64,000 nt of DNA from Mageeibacillus sp. UBA1046 (GTDB lineage: Bacteria > Bacillota > Clostridia > Saccharofermentanales > DTU023), in the NCBI GenBank assembly GCA_002316595.1, contig DCDV01000030.1, positions 7,955-71,954 of the forward strand, read 5' to 3'. This document shows, piece after piece, positions 43,955 through 53,022 of this stretch (within the stretch, counting starts at the first letter, position 1; every line of letters starts with the position of its first letter). The notes under the pieces were generated by a model. The model was not told where the DNA came from. It did no database searches and saw only the letters and a list, made by a program, of their open reading frames with translations. The position numbers and the translations under genes were made by a program.

Positions 43955-45043
43955 TTACCATCCCCACATGGCCCAGCGTGTTAACGCATACCATTCAATG
44001 GCGACAATGATGAAAGTCAAAACAACAAATATGCAGCCCATGATCAGCAATGTTAACCAGGTTTTCTGTCCTGTCTCCGGTTTGCTTACAATTGCTGCAA
44101 CCCCCGCCAAGAGTGAAAAGACCAGTGTCCCTTTATACAGGGCATAGAAAAGATTAGCTGGTCCCACTCCGCCGATTGCCAAAACGAAGATCATGACTAA
44201 AAAGGAATAAAGGAAAATGATATTGAAATACGAGGCATATTCTGAGAAAAGGTTCTTGAATTCTACCTTCTCCTTAAAGACATATGTCTTAAGCAGCCAG
44301 GCTGCTGCCGGTATCGCGGCGACAAACAAAATCGAGAAGAACCAGACCAGGAAGAACCCTCCGGCATGCCAGTCATAAAAAGGAGCGCTGCTTAGTGTGT
44401 AAATCAACGTTGTAAGGAAAGGAATAATCGCGGCAAACAAAATGTGCATCGGTTCTTTTGTGCCCAGCATCCCCTTTGACAGCCAATTGAAATAGCGCTT
44501 GCCGTCAATAGCTATTTGCGAAGGCGGAGCTTTCGGAGCCGCCGGTTGAGGATAAGGAGAACCCTGTGGCGGAAATGGCTGCTGCCCCTGAGGGGGTTGA
44601 TCTGCTTGTCCCTGCTGTTGTTGATACACTTGTCCCTGAGGCGGTTGATACCCTTGTCCTTGCTGCGGTTGATACCCTAGTCCTTGCGATGTTTGATCTG
44701 CTTGACCTTGCGGCGGTTGATAACCTTGCCCTTGCTGCGGGGTATAAGGTTGAGCTTGAGGCGGATTATAAACCTGAGCCTGAGGTAAAACGTTGACTTG
44801 TTCCTGAGGCTGAACATATGCCTGCTGAGGAGCAGATATTTCTGCCTGACTCTGGGGTTCTGTATACTCCTGCCGGGGAACTTCAGGTGCGGCAGCAATT
44901 TGGTCTGCTTCAGCTGTGACCCCTGCGGCAGCATCAACGTTATCTACAGGAGGTATTACTTCCTGCTTATGTCCGCATTTCGGACAAAATTGCGCAGTAT
45001 CAACTATTTCTGCATTGCAATTCACACAATTCTTCATATTCAA
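43955..45043 (-). CDS. Zinc-ribbon protein with Pro/Gln-rich repeat linker and C-terminal polytopic membrane domain
   Basis: 362 aa. N-terminal CVNC...CPKC zinc ribbon, QGQGYQPPQGQ-type repeats, then several hydrophobic helices. Confidence 0.6.
   Translation of the reverse strand: MNMKNCVNCNAEIVDTAQFCPKCGHKQEVIPPVDNVDAAAGVTAEADQIAAAPEVPRQEYTEPQSQAEISAPQQAYVQPQEQVNVLPQAQVYNPPQAQPYTPQQGQGYQPPQGQADQTSQGLGYQPQQGQGYQPPQGQVYQQQQGQADQPPQGQQPFPPQGSPYPQPAAPKAPPSQIAIDGKRYFNWLSKGMLGTKEPMHILFAAIIPFLTTLIYTLSSAPFYDWHAGGFFLVWFFSILFVAAIPAAAWLLKTYVFKEKVEFKNLFSEYASYFNIIFLYSFLVMIFVLAIGGVGPANLFYALYKGTLVFSLLAGVAAIVSKPETGQKTWLTLLIMGCIFVVLTFIIVAIEWYALTRWAMWGW
44575..44800 (-). repeat. Coding low-complexity repeat (QGQGYQPPQGQ variants)
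   Basis: Reiterated GGTTGATAnCCTTG(T/C)CCTTGCTGC-like units on the plus strand. Confidence 0.7.
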
Positions 45044-45323
45044 CTCCTTTTCAATAAACTAATCAGACAAAGAAACGTTGGATCACTAATAAGACCTCTA
45101 TGCTTTACTGTTCATAGCGTTAATTTTACCATACCGACATAGCATATTTTAAATAGCTGCAGGCTCAAATGACAATGCCTGTCATAAGAATACAATGATC
45201 GCATGGTCATAACGGACACAAGATTACATGCGAACAGGTTATATATTTACTTCCGATGCGTTCGTTAAAAACTTTAGCGGGTCGACAAAAAATGTAGCGC
45301 AAAAATTAGAGCTTGCAGAGTAT

Positions 45324-45352
45324 TTGACATCATCAATTCGCTTGCGTATAAT
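45324..45352 (+). promoter_or_regulatory. Consensus sigma-A promoter (TTGACA-17-TATAAT) for the tRNA pair
   Basis: -35 at 45324..45329 and -10 at 45347..45352, about 80 nt upstream of tRNA-Gly. Confidence 0.7.
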
Positions 45353-45433
45353 CGACGTACATTGCGGAAGGGCATAATCCTTAAGGTGAATACTGAATCT
45401 GTTTTTGCTATAATTGTTGTCTAGATCTGCTCC

Positions 45434-45507
45434 GCGGGTGTAGTTCAATGGCAGAACATCAGCTTCCCAAGCTGACCACGAGGGTTCGATTCCCTTCACC
45501 CGCTCCA
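45434..45507 (+). tRNA. tRNA-Gly (anticodon CCC), CCA encoded
   Basis: Hand-folded cloverleaf. Acceptor GCGGGTG/CACCCGC, D stem GTTC/GAAC, anticodon arm TCAGC-TTCCCAA-GCTGA, T arm GAGGG-TTCGATT-CCCTT. Confidence 0.95.
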
Positions 45508-45510
45508 TAC

Positions 45511-45586
45511 GCCTTTTTAGCTCAGTAGGTAGAGCGCATCCATGGTAAGGATGAGGTCATCGGTTCGATTCCGATAAAAGGCTCCA
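45511..45586 (+). tRNA. tRNA-Thr (anticodon GGT), CCA encoded
   Basis: Acceptor GCCTTTT/AAAAGGC, D stem GCTC/GAGC, anticodon arm CATCC-ATGGTAA-GGATG, T arm ATCGG-TTCGATT-CCGAT. Confidence 0.95.
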
Positions 45587-45589
45587 AAA

Positions 45590-45628
45590 AAACTCCGTTA
45601 CGGCTACAATCCGCAGCGGAGTTTTTTA
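45590..45628 (+). terminator. Terminator after the tRNA pair
   Basis: AAAACTCCG...CGGAGTTTT followed by TTAT. Confidence 0.6.
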
Positions 45629-45854
45629 TGTCTTAAAATTACTGATATTTAATTCTGGCTCGCTTCCAGATTTTCAACGAAACAGTGCAAAAGTTGTATG
45701 CGAATTCTCATTGACATAATTTTATGTTATTTTATAATATCACTATAATCAATTATATAAATTATTAATTATGTCTGGAAATAATATATTATAGTCCCTC
45801 TTTGTTAAATATGAAGATAAATAGAAGCGCAGCTTTTACAAGTGCGAGGCATAA

Positions 45855-45925
45855 TAAAAGCGAAAAACTGCACAATGTGTATGGTGCTCCATCAGGCTGC
45901 AAGAGGCTGCAAGCACATTGTATGC
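45855..45925 (-). terminator. Hairpin terminator downstream of the Ldh_2 gene (possibly bidirectional)
   Basis: TGCACAATGTG...CACATTGTATGCA. The minus strand continues AGTTTTTCGCTTTTATT and the plus strand continues ATTTTCACAGACTGTTTTT. Confidence 0.5.
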
Positions 45926-45965
45926 AATTTTCACAGACTGTTTTTCCCAAAAACATTATCTGCCG

Positions 45966-47090
45966 TTACTGTTCTTCAAAGGAAAATTTATAGGGCAGAG
46001 CTTTTTCGTCTCTTATCTCCATCAGTTCTTGTTGAACCGCCTCACCTACCGGAACCCCTTTATCTTTGCGTTCCTGCCAAATCAGCCATTCCTTTTCTCC
46101 CGCTGTATATATTCGGTCTTCGCCCGGGGCCTTTTCGGAGGCCCGCAGCTCACGCAGGATGTCACCTGCGATTTTCTTAAATGTTTCAAGTCCGCAGAAA
46201 GCCTCCGGATCAATAGCGATAAAGAAGTGTCCGAGATGATATGGACGCTTGTTTCCTTCTTCGTCCACATTGGTAATCATCTTGAGGAAACTGCCTGCCT
46301 GCAGCGCAGCTGAGAGAATCTCGACTACAGTAGCGTAACCATAGCCTTTATAGCCCGCCAGCTCTTCACCTATTCCACCTAATGGAGCCAGTGCCGCCGT
46401 GCCTTCAGTCAACCCTTTAAGGATTGCCTGACTATCGGTCATGGCGGAGCCGTCCCTGCCTATAACCATGCCGGCTGGTGTATCCATCCCCTGACGGGCG
46501 AAAAACTCGATTTTGCCGCGCTGGCTGATACTGGTGGCACAATCCAGCATGAAGGAGAAATCCTCGTCAGTAGGCATGCCAAAGGTGATTGGATTAGTTC
46601 CCAGCATATTTTCTACACCGAATGTTGGCGCGATACTTGGTCTTGCATTAGTACCCGTGATGCCAATCAGGCCTGCATTTACTGCCATTTCAGCCCAGTA
46701 TCCGGCTATACCGTAGTGCGAGCTGTTGCGTATTGCCGCCATGGCCATTCCATATTTTTTCGCTTTATCAATAATGCTTGCCATCGCCTTGTGAGATGCC
46801 ACCATTCCCATGCCGTCATGTGCGTCTATGACTAAAGTAGTTGGCGTTTCTTTGACAATCTCGTGTTTGGTAACAGGATTCAATATTCCCGCCTTTATTC
46901 GATCAATATAAATCGGCTTAAAGCGGTTACAGCCATGACTCTCAATTCCTCGTCTGTCGCTCTCCATCAGAACATCTGCGCAAATCTCAGCGTCATCGCG
47001 TGGAACACCGTAGGCCACGAAGGCATCAGTCATAAAGCTGCCAATCTGTTCCCAGGATATATAGGGTCTGGTTTCAACTTCTCTTTTCAT
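45966..47090 (-). CDS. Ldh_2 family NAD(P)H-dependent oxidoreductase (malate/L-lactate/ureidoglycolate/Pyr2C reductase family)
   Basis: 374 aa. ESDRRGIESHGCNRF and NSSHYGIAGYW motifs are typical of the Ldh_2 family. Confidence 0.8.
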   Translation of the reverse strand: MKREVETRPYISWEQIGSFMTDAFVAYGVPRDDAEICADVLMESDRRGIESHGCNRFKPIYIDRIKAGILNPVTKHEIVKETPTTLVIDAHDGMGMVASHKAMASIIDKAKKYGMAMAAIRNSSHYGIAGYWAEMAVNAGLIGITGTNARPSIAPTFGVENMLGTNPITFGMPTDEDFSFMLDCATSISQRGKIEFFARQGMDTPAGMVIGRDGSAMTDSQAILKGLTEGTAALAPLGGIGEELAGYKGYGYATVVEILSAALQAGSFLKMITNVDEEGNKRPYHLGHFFIAIDPEAFCGLETFKKIAGDILRELRASEKAPGEDRIYTAGEKEWLIWQERKDKGVPVGEAVQQELMEIRDEKALPYKFSFEEQ

Positions 47091-47440
47091 ATTGATCTCC
47101 CTTCAACAAATGCTTTCCTCATCAGGAACTGAGGATAATCTCCTCAACTCATCTCATAGACACAGCAGCCTAATAACGATGCTAAAGATTAAATACTCCC
47201 CAATAATATCAAATATCATACGCTTATTCACATTATTGTTTCTCAAGACGTAGAAGCTCTAATAAATTACCTAAACGTATTAAAAACAAATCAACTTTAC
47301 TTACATTTCTTGCTGTTAGATTTATGCCCTCTAAAGATTTGAATATTCGATTAATCTTTCAATATACATCTGATTTTCATTTATTTACTTTGTATAAACA
47401 AAGATTGAGAGGTATAATAATTTATCTAAAGGAAGGTTAA

Positions 47441-48232
47441 ATGAAAAATATACGGCCAGCTAATAAGATTAGACGCATTTCAGGACTATTTCTAGTTTTG
47501 CTGGTGATTACCGGCACGCTTACTGAGACTGCGTTCGCCGCCTCAGGAAAGATGGTTACACAGAATTGGTCTGCCGCAGCTGTTTTCTACAGCTCTCAGT
47601 CTGATGAAACTGAAACCTTCCGGATGTCCGAAGATGAATTCCTCAAATATAAAGTAGGCCTGGAGGAAAGATTAATAGTGGCATACAGTACCTACTATAA
47701 TCGCCTGGTAGACAAAGAAAAAGAAGCTCTGCAAGAATCTCAAGAAGCGTGGATCGATTGTTATTATTCGTATATCACATCGCTGGAGCAATTGTGGCTT
47801 GCTCCTGTAAAGATTTATTTTGGAGTTCCGGGGCAAGAACGCCGTACTAATGTATATCGTGACATAATCCTATTATTGCTGGTCAATCGGGTCACGGATC
47901 TGGAAGAGTGGAATGAGCAGCGATTCGCCCGCATAGAAGGGTTTTTTTTCGCAGACATAAGCAATGAGCTAGTTTCAGCCAAAAAACAACTTCAAATAGA
48001 TATGGGATTGTGCCTTTATGTAATCCAAGAAGAATATCGTGCGAAGATTTCAGATTCACATCAGAAGTTCAATACATTTTTGGACAGTAATCAGAGGTTT
48101 GTCTCTCTTATTACCACCGGTGATGAGACCATTATTACAGCGGAAGAATTACTACAAGTACAGCGTATGAGCAGCATTACTCAGATCCATTATCAAGGAT
48201 GCCGTTTCTTTCGCAGAGAGCGAGAAGAGTAA
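47441..48232 (+). CDS. Secreted hypothetical protein (possible LprI/DUF1311-like segment)
   Basis: 263 aa. Signal peptide ending AFA-AS. The QESQEAWIDCYYSY segment loosely resembles the DUF1311 motif. Confidence 0.45.
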   Translation: MKNIRPANKIRRISGLFLVLLVITGTLTETAFAASGKMVTQNWSAAAVFYSSQSDETETFRMSEDEFLKYKVGLEERLIVAYSTYYNRLVDKEKEALQESQEAWIDCYYSYITSLEQLWLAPVKIYFGVPGQERRTNVYRDIILLLLVNRVTDLEEWNEQRFARIEGFFFADISNELVSAKKQLQIDMGLCLYVIQEEYRAKISDSHQKFNTFLDSNQRFVSLITTGDETIITAEELLQVQRMSSITQIHYQGCRFFRREREE

Positions 48233-48496
48233 AAGTTTTGTTATGGATAAGACAATCGGCTTTTGTATTTGCATAGATCTGATGGAATTACGCATAGCTT
48301 TATTGCTTCTAGAAAAATGGAAATAATATAACAACGCAGGGACAAATTAATTTGAATTGGAGGTGTGAGGCAAGTCTATTGAAAGAAGTTATTAAGTCGG
48401 AAATAAAAGGGGGTGATAATGCGATAAAGAGCTGGTCTGAACAGAAGCAATTTTAAGCATGAATATCAGTATCGAAATATTAATAGGGAGGAACAC

Positions 48497-50383
48497 ATGA
48501 AGAAACTTAAGTTTCTACTCATTACAATTCTTGTAATATCTCTTTTTATAAGTTTGGCCGCTTGTGCTAGTGAGGAGCCCGCTGCAACTGACGCTCCATC
48601 TGAACCGACTGATGCTCCCGATGAAACTGAAGCCCCTGCCGAGCCTAGTGAGGAACCGCCTAAAGCTTCAGTTTTAGATGATCTTCTGACCCCTGCTGAA
48701 GACAGCAATTGGGAAAGAACTACCTCGTCAGCAGAGGTGATTGAATTTCTGGAGATCGTGTCCGAGAACAGTGATGGCCGTATAATCCTTGATACCACAT
48801 CTTTCAAGACCGATCTGAGGCCGATTCCTGTTCTGATCATAAGTGATCAGGCACCTGCCAGTCCTGCTGAAGTCTCTGATGACAAAGGCGTTGTATTTGT
48901 CAACTGCAATATTCACTCGGGTGAAGTAGAGGGCAAGGAAGCCATGCTGATCTTCGCCCGTGAAGTGGCGCAGGGCAAACACGATGAGCTATTAAAGGAC
49001 CTGGTTGTCATCATTACCCCTAATGTCAATCCAGACGGCAATGACACTCTAGGCAAAAACCGCATCAACAGCCAATTCACTCCTAAACTGGTTGGCACTC
49101 GTCAAGAGGGTAACGGCTTCAACGTTAATCGTGATATGACTAAGCTTGAAACCGCCGTTGCCCGCACTATCGTTCAGATAATGAATGACTGGGATCCTCT
49201 CCTGTTCATCGACGCTCACGCAACTGACGGCTCCTTAATGCGTCATGCTGTCAGCTATAACTGGGGACTTAATGCAGGCACAGACCAGGAGCTGCTGGAA
49301 TACAATCGAGATGTTTTCTGCTCAAAGGCCATGCGTGAAGGATCCTATCTAGAATCTAAAGGAAAGAGCGCGGTGCCCTATGGCAACTGGGGCTTCTACT
49401 ACAGCGGAATCGTAGAGGAAGGTTGGCGTACTTTTGAGGACTATGCCCGTTACACCACAAACTATGCCGGCGTGCGCAACCGTTTAGCCCTGCTCTTAGA
49501 AGTATATTCTTATGATGATTTTCCTGTTCGCGTTGATACTCAATATGAATGCATTTATGGCTCTCTGCAGGTAATAGCGGAGGATAAGGCAGAAATAAAA
49601 GAGTTGATCGCGGCGGCAGATGCCCGCTCTCTGGCCCGAGAAACTGAAGGTATTGACCCAGAAGTAGATTTCGTAGCTCTAAACTCGGAAATGACACCGA
49701 TGTCCTTCGAAGGCAAGGATACCCTGACAGTTATGTCTTACGAAACTGACGAAGAGGGTCAGGTTATGAGCGCCCGTTTATATGACGATGATGGTGACCC
49801 TTATGCTGTTGAGCATGGCGAACCTGTGGACTACGAAACCGAGTATTGGGGTACATTCATACCTATTGATTCAGAAACCATGGGAGCATTTTACCTGATA
49901 GACCACGACTGCGTTGAGTTTATTGATTTGATGAAATTCCACGGAGTTGAAATTTCCCAGTTAGAAGAAGATATTACCATTAATGCTGAAGATTATCAGC
50001 ACTATGGTATCAAATCGTATACCAGCGGCGGCGCAGTAATCGATGGACGTCCTCGCGCTGAATATGAGGGCCACTTTCAGACTCTCGTTACAGGTGAATG
50101 GGAACAGGGTAATAAATCAATCGTGATCCCTGCAGGTACTTATGTAATCTCTACTGCGCAGCGTTTTGGTTCCTTTGCTGCTCTGATGTGCGAACCAGCA
50201 TGCGTTGACGGTGGAGTTGCCTGGAACTTCTTTGATGCCTACTTCGATGCTAAAGAGGGCACTTTCCGTGCCAACTTCAGCAATACCGTTACTGCCGCTG
50301 AAGGCTCCGAAGAAGAGAGGACTGAAGAGGTCTCAATCCCCATTCTGAAGATTCTCGATTTCGACACAATCGTTATAGATTAA
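48497..50383 (+). CDS. M14-family zinc carboxypeptidase-like lipoprotein
   Basis: 628 aa. Lipobox LAAC. HxxE zinc motif NIHSGEVEG, NPDG, and a later DAHATDG histidine. Confidence 0.7.
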   Translation: MKKLKFLLITILVISLFISLAACASEEPAATDAPSEPTDAPDETEAPAEPSEEPPKASVLDDLLTPAEDSNWERTTSSAEVIEFLEIVSENSDGRIILDTTSFKTDLRPIPVLIISDQAPASPAEVSDDKGVVFVNCNIHSGEVEGKEAMLIFAREVAQGKHDELLKDLVVIITPNVNPDGNDTLGKNRINSQFTPKLVGTRQEGNGFNVNRDMTKLETAVARTIVQIMNDWDPLLFIDAHATDGSLMRHAVSYNWGLNAGTDQELLEYNRDVFCSKAMREGSYLESKGKSAVPYGNWGFYYSGIVEEGWRTFEDYARYTTNYAGVRNRLALLLEVYSYDDFPVRVDTQYECIYGSLQVIAEDKAEIKELIAAADARSLARETEGIDPEVDFVALNSEMTPMSFEGKDTLTVMSYETDEEGQVMSARLYDDDGDPYAVEHGEPVDYETEYWGTFIPIDSETMGAFYLIDHDCVEFIDLMKFHGVEISQLEEDITINAEDYQHYGIKSYTSGGAVIDGRPRAEYEGHFQTLVTGEWEQGNKSIVIPAGTYVISTAQRFGSFAALMCEPACVDGGVAWNFFDAYFDAKEGTFRANFSNTVTAAEGSEEERTEEVSIPILKILDFDTIVID

Positions 50384-50456
50384 GCATTAATGCAACTCTA
50401 GCAAATAATCTATCAATCTATTGGCAACATAACACAATATTAAAAGCTTCTAAATT

Positions 50457-50491
50457 GAAAAACCCCGTTCGCCTGATGAGCGGGGTTTTTC
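50457..50491 (+). terminator. Rho-independent terminator
   Basis: AAAACCCCGTTC-GCCTGAT-GAGCGGGGTTTTT. Confidence 0.8.
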
Positions 50492-50576
50492 TCAGCTATG
50501 TCGGCTGCTCATTTACCGAAGTAAGTTTAATAAATACTGTCAGAAAGATTATTTGAAAAGAACAAATCTGTCTCGC

Positions 50577-50626
50577 TTGCATGAGGAGAGCGGATGCTAT
50601 ATACTGGGAAATTGTTAACTAGTTAA
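50577..50626 (+). promoter_or_regulatory. marR-operon promoter candidate (TTGCAT-17-TATACT) followed by the perfect palindrome TTAACTAGTTAA
   Basis: The palindrome lies at 50615..50626, just downstream of the -10. This is the typical position for a MarR autoregulatory operator. Confidence 0.4.
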
Positions 50627-50633
50627 GTAATTA

Positions 50634-50720
50634 AAGATATTTATCGTAATTGATTGGATCACATAAGATATTTATAAGATAGTTGTAGAACACATAGACA
50701 TTTACAAGATAGTTGGGAGA
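50634..50720. repeat. Tandem 30/31-bp units (CACATA(A)GA(T/C)ATTTA(T/C)AAGATAGTTG) before marR
   Basis: Units at 50660..50690 and 50691..50720, plus a partial related copy from 50634. Confidence 0.8.
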
Positions 50721-50725
50721 CTAAT

Positions 50726-51298
50726 GTGAAAAGCCCTGCCTCAATAAATCAAAAAGAAAATCCTGAAATGACTCTCGCCTGGTTGCTGCGAGACATCAAT
50801 CAGATGGCGCAAAGCAATCTTGCGCAAAGCCTTGTCGAGTATGGACTCTACATCGGCCAGCCGCGGATATTGCGTCTTATCCACGATTATCCCGGAGAGA
50901 CACAAAAGCAAATCGCTGACAGACTTTATGTATCTGCCGCCTCGCTCTCAATCTCTCTCAAACGTCTGCAAAAAGCTGCTCTGGTGGAAAGGCGTCAATC
51001 TGCACAAGACCGACGTCGTCATGAACTCTATTTAACCCCTGCCGGAGCAGAGGCCATCCAAAAATGCGGCAGCGATTTATGCTCCTTGTATCGTTACATG
51101 ATGTCAAATATGGATGAAAAAGAAGTGCAGCAGCTGCTGGAAAGTCTCAAGAAAATCCATGATAATCTGGCCGCTTTGTCGGACACTTCTGTAAACATCG
51201 TTCAGACTGATAATTCTGCAAGCAATATTCATTCAGACAATCCGAAGTCCAATTTCCTGACGGGAATTGAAGTAAACAACTCACAGGAGGGTAATTAA
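50726..51298 (+). CDS. MarR family transcriptional regulator
   Basis: 190 aa. Winged-HTH segment GETQKQIADRLYVSAASLSISLKRLQKAALVERRQSAQDRRRHELYLT. The stop overlaps the next start (TAATG). Confidence 0.85.
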   Translation: MKSPASINQKENPEMTLAWLLRDINQMAQSNLAQSLVEYGLYIGQPRILRLIHDYPGETQKQIADRLYVSAASLSISLKRLQKAALVERRQSAQDRRRHELYLTPAGAEAIQKCGSDLCSLYRYMMSNMDEKEVQQLLESLKKIHDNLAALSDTSVNIVQTDNSASNIHSDNPKSNFLTGIEVNNSQEGN

Positions 51299-53022
51299 TG
51301 CTGCGTCAACTGATTCGCTACATGAAGCCTTATCGCCTTAAAGCAATTTTCAGTCCTATTTTGATGATTATTGAGGTGCTGACGGATGTGTATATCCCCT
51401 TCCTGATGAAAGATATTGTTAACATCGGCATCTACGAATCCAATTCTGAAGTAGTCATCACTTTGGGGTTGAAGATGATACTGTCCGCCTTGATCGGAAT
51501 TACGGCAGGTGTATTGTCCGCTCGCTTAGGAGCAGTAGCTGGTTATGGGTTTGGAGCCAATTTGCGCTCAGACTTATACCGCAAGATTCAACGCTTTTCC
51601 TTTGGCAATCTGGACAAGTTTAGTGTTCCCAGTCTGATTACCAGACTAACCAATGACTGCAATAATATCTCGCAGGCAGCCATGATGTCCTTGCGCATGG
51701 GAATCAGAGCTCCCGCTTTGTTCGTCTTCGCTTTGATAATGGCATTTAATATCGACCCCGGAATGGCTAAAGTTTTCCTGGTCGCAATTCCTGTTCTCCT
51801 TTTGATTTTCGCAGTCATTATCAAGCTGGCGCATCCTCGTTTCAGAGAAATGCAGCGACGCATTGATGATCTCAACGCAGTTGTACAGGAAGACTTGACC
51901 AATATTCGCGAGATCAAGTCCTTTGTTCGCGAAGATCATGAAAAAGGTAAATTTAAGAAATTTAATGATTCTTTGATGATTTCTGCTTACAAGGCGATTT
52001 CACTGGTAATTATTACAATGCCGGCAGCTGAACTGGTCATCTACAGTACTATTATTGCCATACTATGGATCGGCGGACGTGAAATAGTAACCGGTAATAT
52101 GCTGGCAGGCAATCTGATCAGCTTCCTTACTTATGTTATGCAGATTCTCATGAGCCTGATCATGCTTTCACAGGTATTCTTACATTTAACCAGAGCAAAA
52201 GCCTCCGCCGAACGAGTCACCGAGGTCTTGAATACTGAAGTTGATATCACCTCTCCGGAAGACGGACTTACTATCGTTGCAGATGGCTCAATAGAGTTCA
52301 AAAGTGTAGATTTCTGTTATCCGGGCAGTGATAATTACAGTTTGACTGACATAAATCTAGATATTAAATCCGGTGAGGTGATCGGCATACTGGGCGCGAC
52401 AGGGTCAGGCAAATCGACACTTCTTGCACTCATTCCGCGTCTCTATGATGTAACGGAGGGGCAGGTACTGGTGGGCGGTAAAGATGTACGTGATTATGAT
52501 CTGAGGACATTGCGCGACTCGGTGAGCTTTGTCCTGCAGCAAAATACTCTCTTCTCGGGCACCCTGCGGGAGAATATGAAGTGGGGTGACGCTGAAGCGA
52601 CCGACGACATGATCATCAAAGCTCTGCAAAGGGCTCAGGCCTGGGAATTCGTCCAAAAACTCCCTGATGGTCTGGACAGCCGTGTTGAGCAAGGCGGCAC
52701 TAACTTCTCAGGCGGGCAGCGCCAGCGCCTTACCATCGCCCGTGCTCTGCTCAAAGAGCCGCAGGTCATTATTCTCGATGACTCTACTTCAGCCGTCGAT
52801 ATGGATACGGATGCCCGCATTCGCCGCGCTTTTGCAACGGATCTCCCCGGCGTGACCAAGATCATCGTAGCTCAGCGTCTGGCTTCAATCGAAGACGCTG
52901 ACCGCATCCTTATCTTGGATGACGGCCGCGTCTCGGCTTTTGCCAGCGCCGCCGAATTGATGGAGACCAGCACTATCTATCGTGAGATCTACGAATCACA
53001 GCAGAGGGGGGTAGTCGCCTGA
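51298..53022 (+). CDS. ABC exporter permease/ATPase subunit, degenerate-site half (Walker B LDDSTS)
   Basis: 574 aa. Six-helix TMD plus NBD. GATGSGKST and FSGGQRQR motifs. Walker B is IILDDSTSAVD, with Asp replacing the catalytic Glu. Confidence 0.9.
   Translation: MLRQLIRYMKPYRLKAIFSPILMIIEVLTDVYIPFLMKDIVNIGIYESNSEVVITLGLKMILSALIGITAGVLSARLGAVAGYGFGANLRSDLYRKIQRFSFGNLDKFSVPSLITRLTNDCNNISQAAMMSLRMGIRAPALFVFALIMAFNIDPGMAKVFLVAIPVLLLIFAVIIKLAHPRFREMQRRIDDLNAVVQEDLTNIREIKSFVREDHEKGKFKKFNDSLMISAYKAISLVIITMPAAELVIYSTIIAILWIGGREIVTGNMLAGNLISFLTYVMQILMSLIMLSQVFLHLTRAKASAERVTEVLNTEVDITSPEDGLTIVADGSIEFKSVDFCYPGSDNYSLTDINLDIKSGEVIGILGATGSGKSTLLALIPRLYDVTEGQVLVGGKDVRDYDLRTLRDSVSFVLQQNTLFSGTLRENMKWGDAEATDDMIIKALQRAQAWEFVQKLPDGLDSRVEQGGTNFSGGQRQRLTIARALLKEPQVIILDDSTSAVDMDTDARIRRAFATDLPGVTKIIVAQRLASIEDADRILILDDGRVSAFASAAELMETSTIYREIYESQQRGVVA

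Noticed and set aside
45239-45508. 89-aa minus-strand ORF
   Set aside because: It overlaps tRNA-Gly and the tRNA promoter and leader. It is an artefact of the tRNA region.
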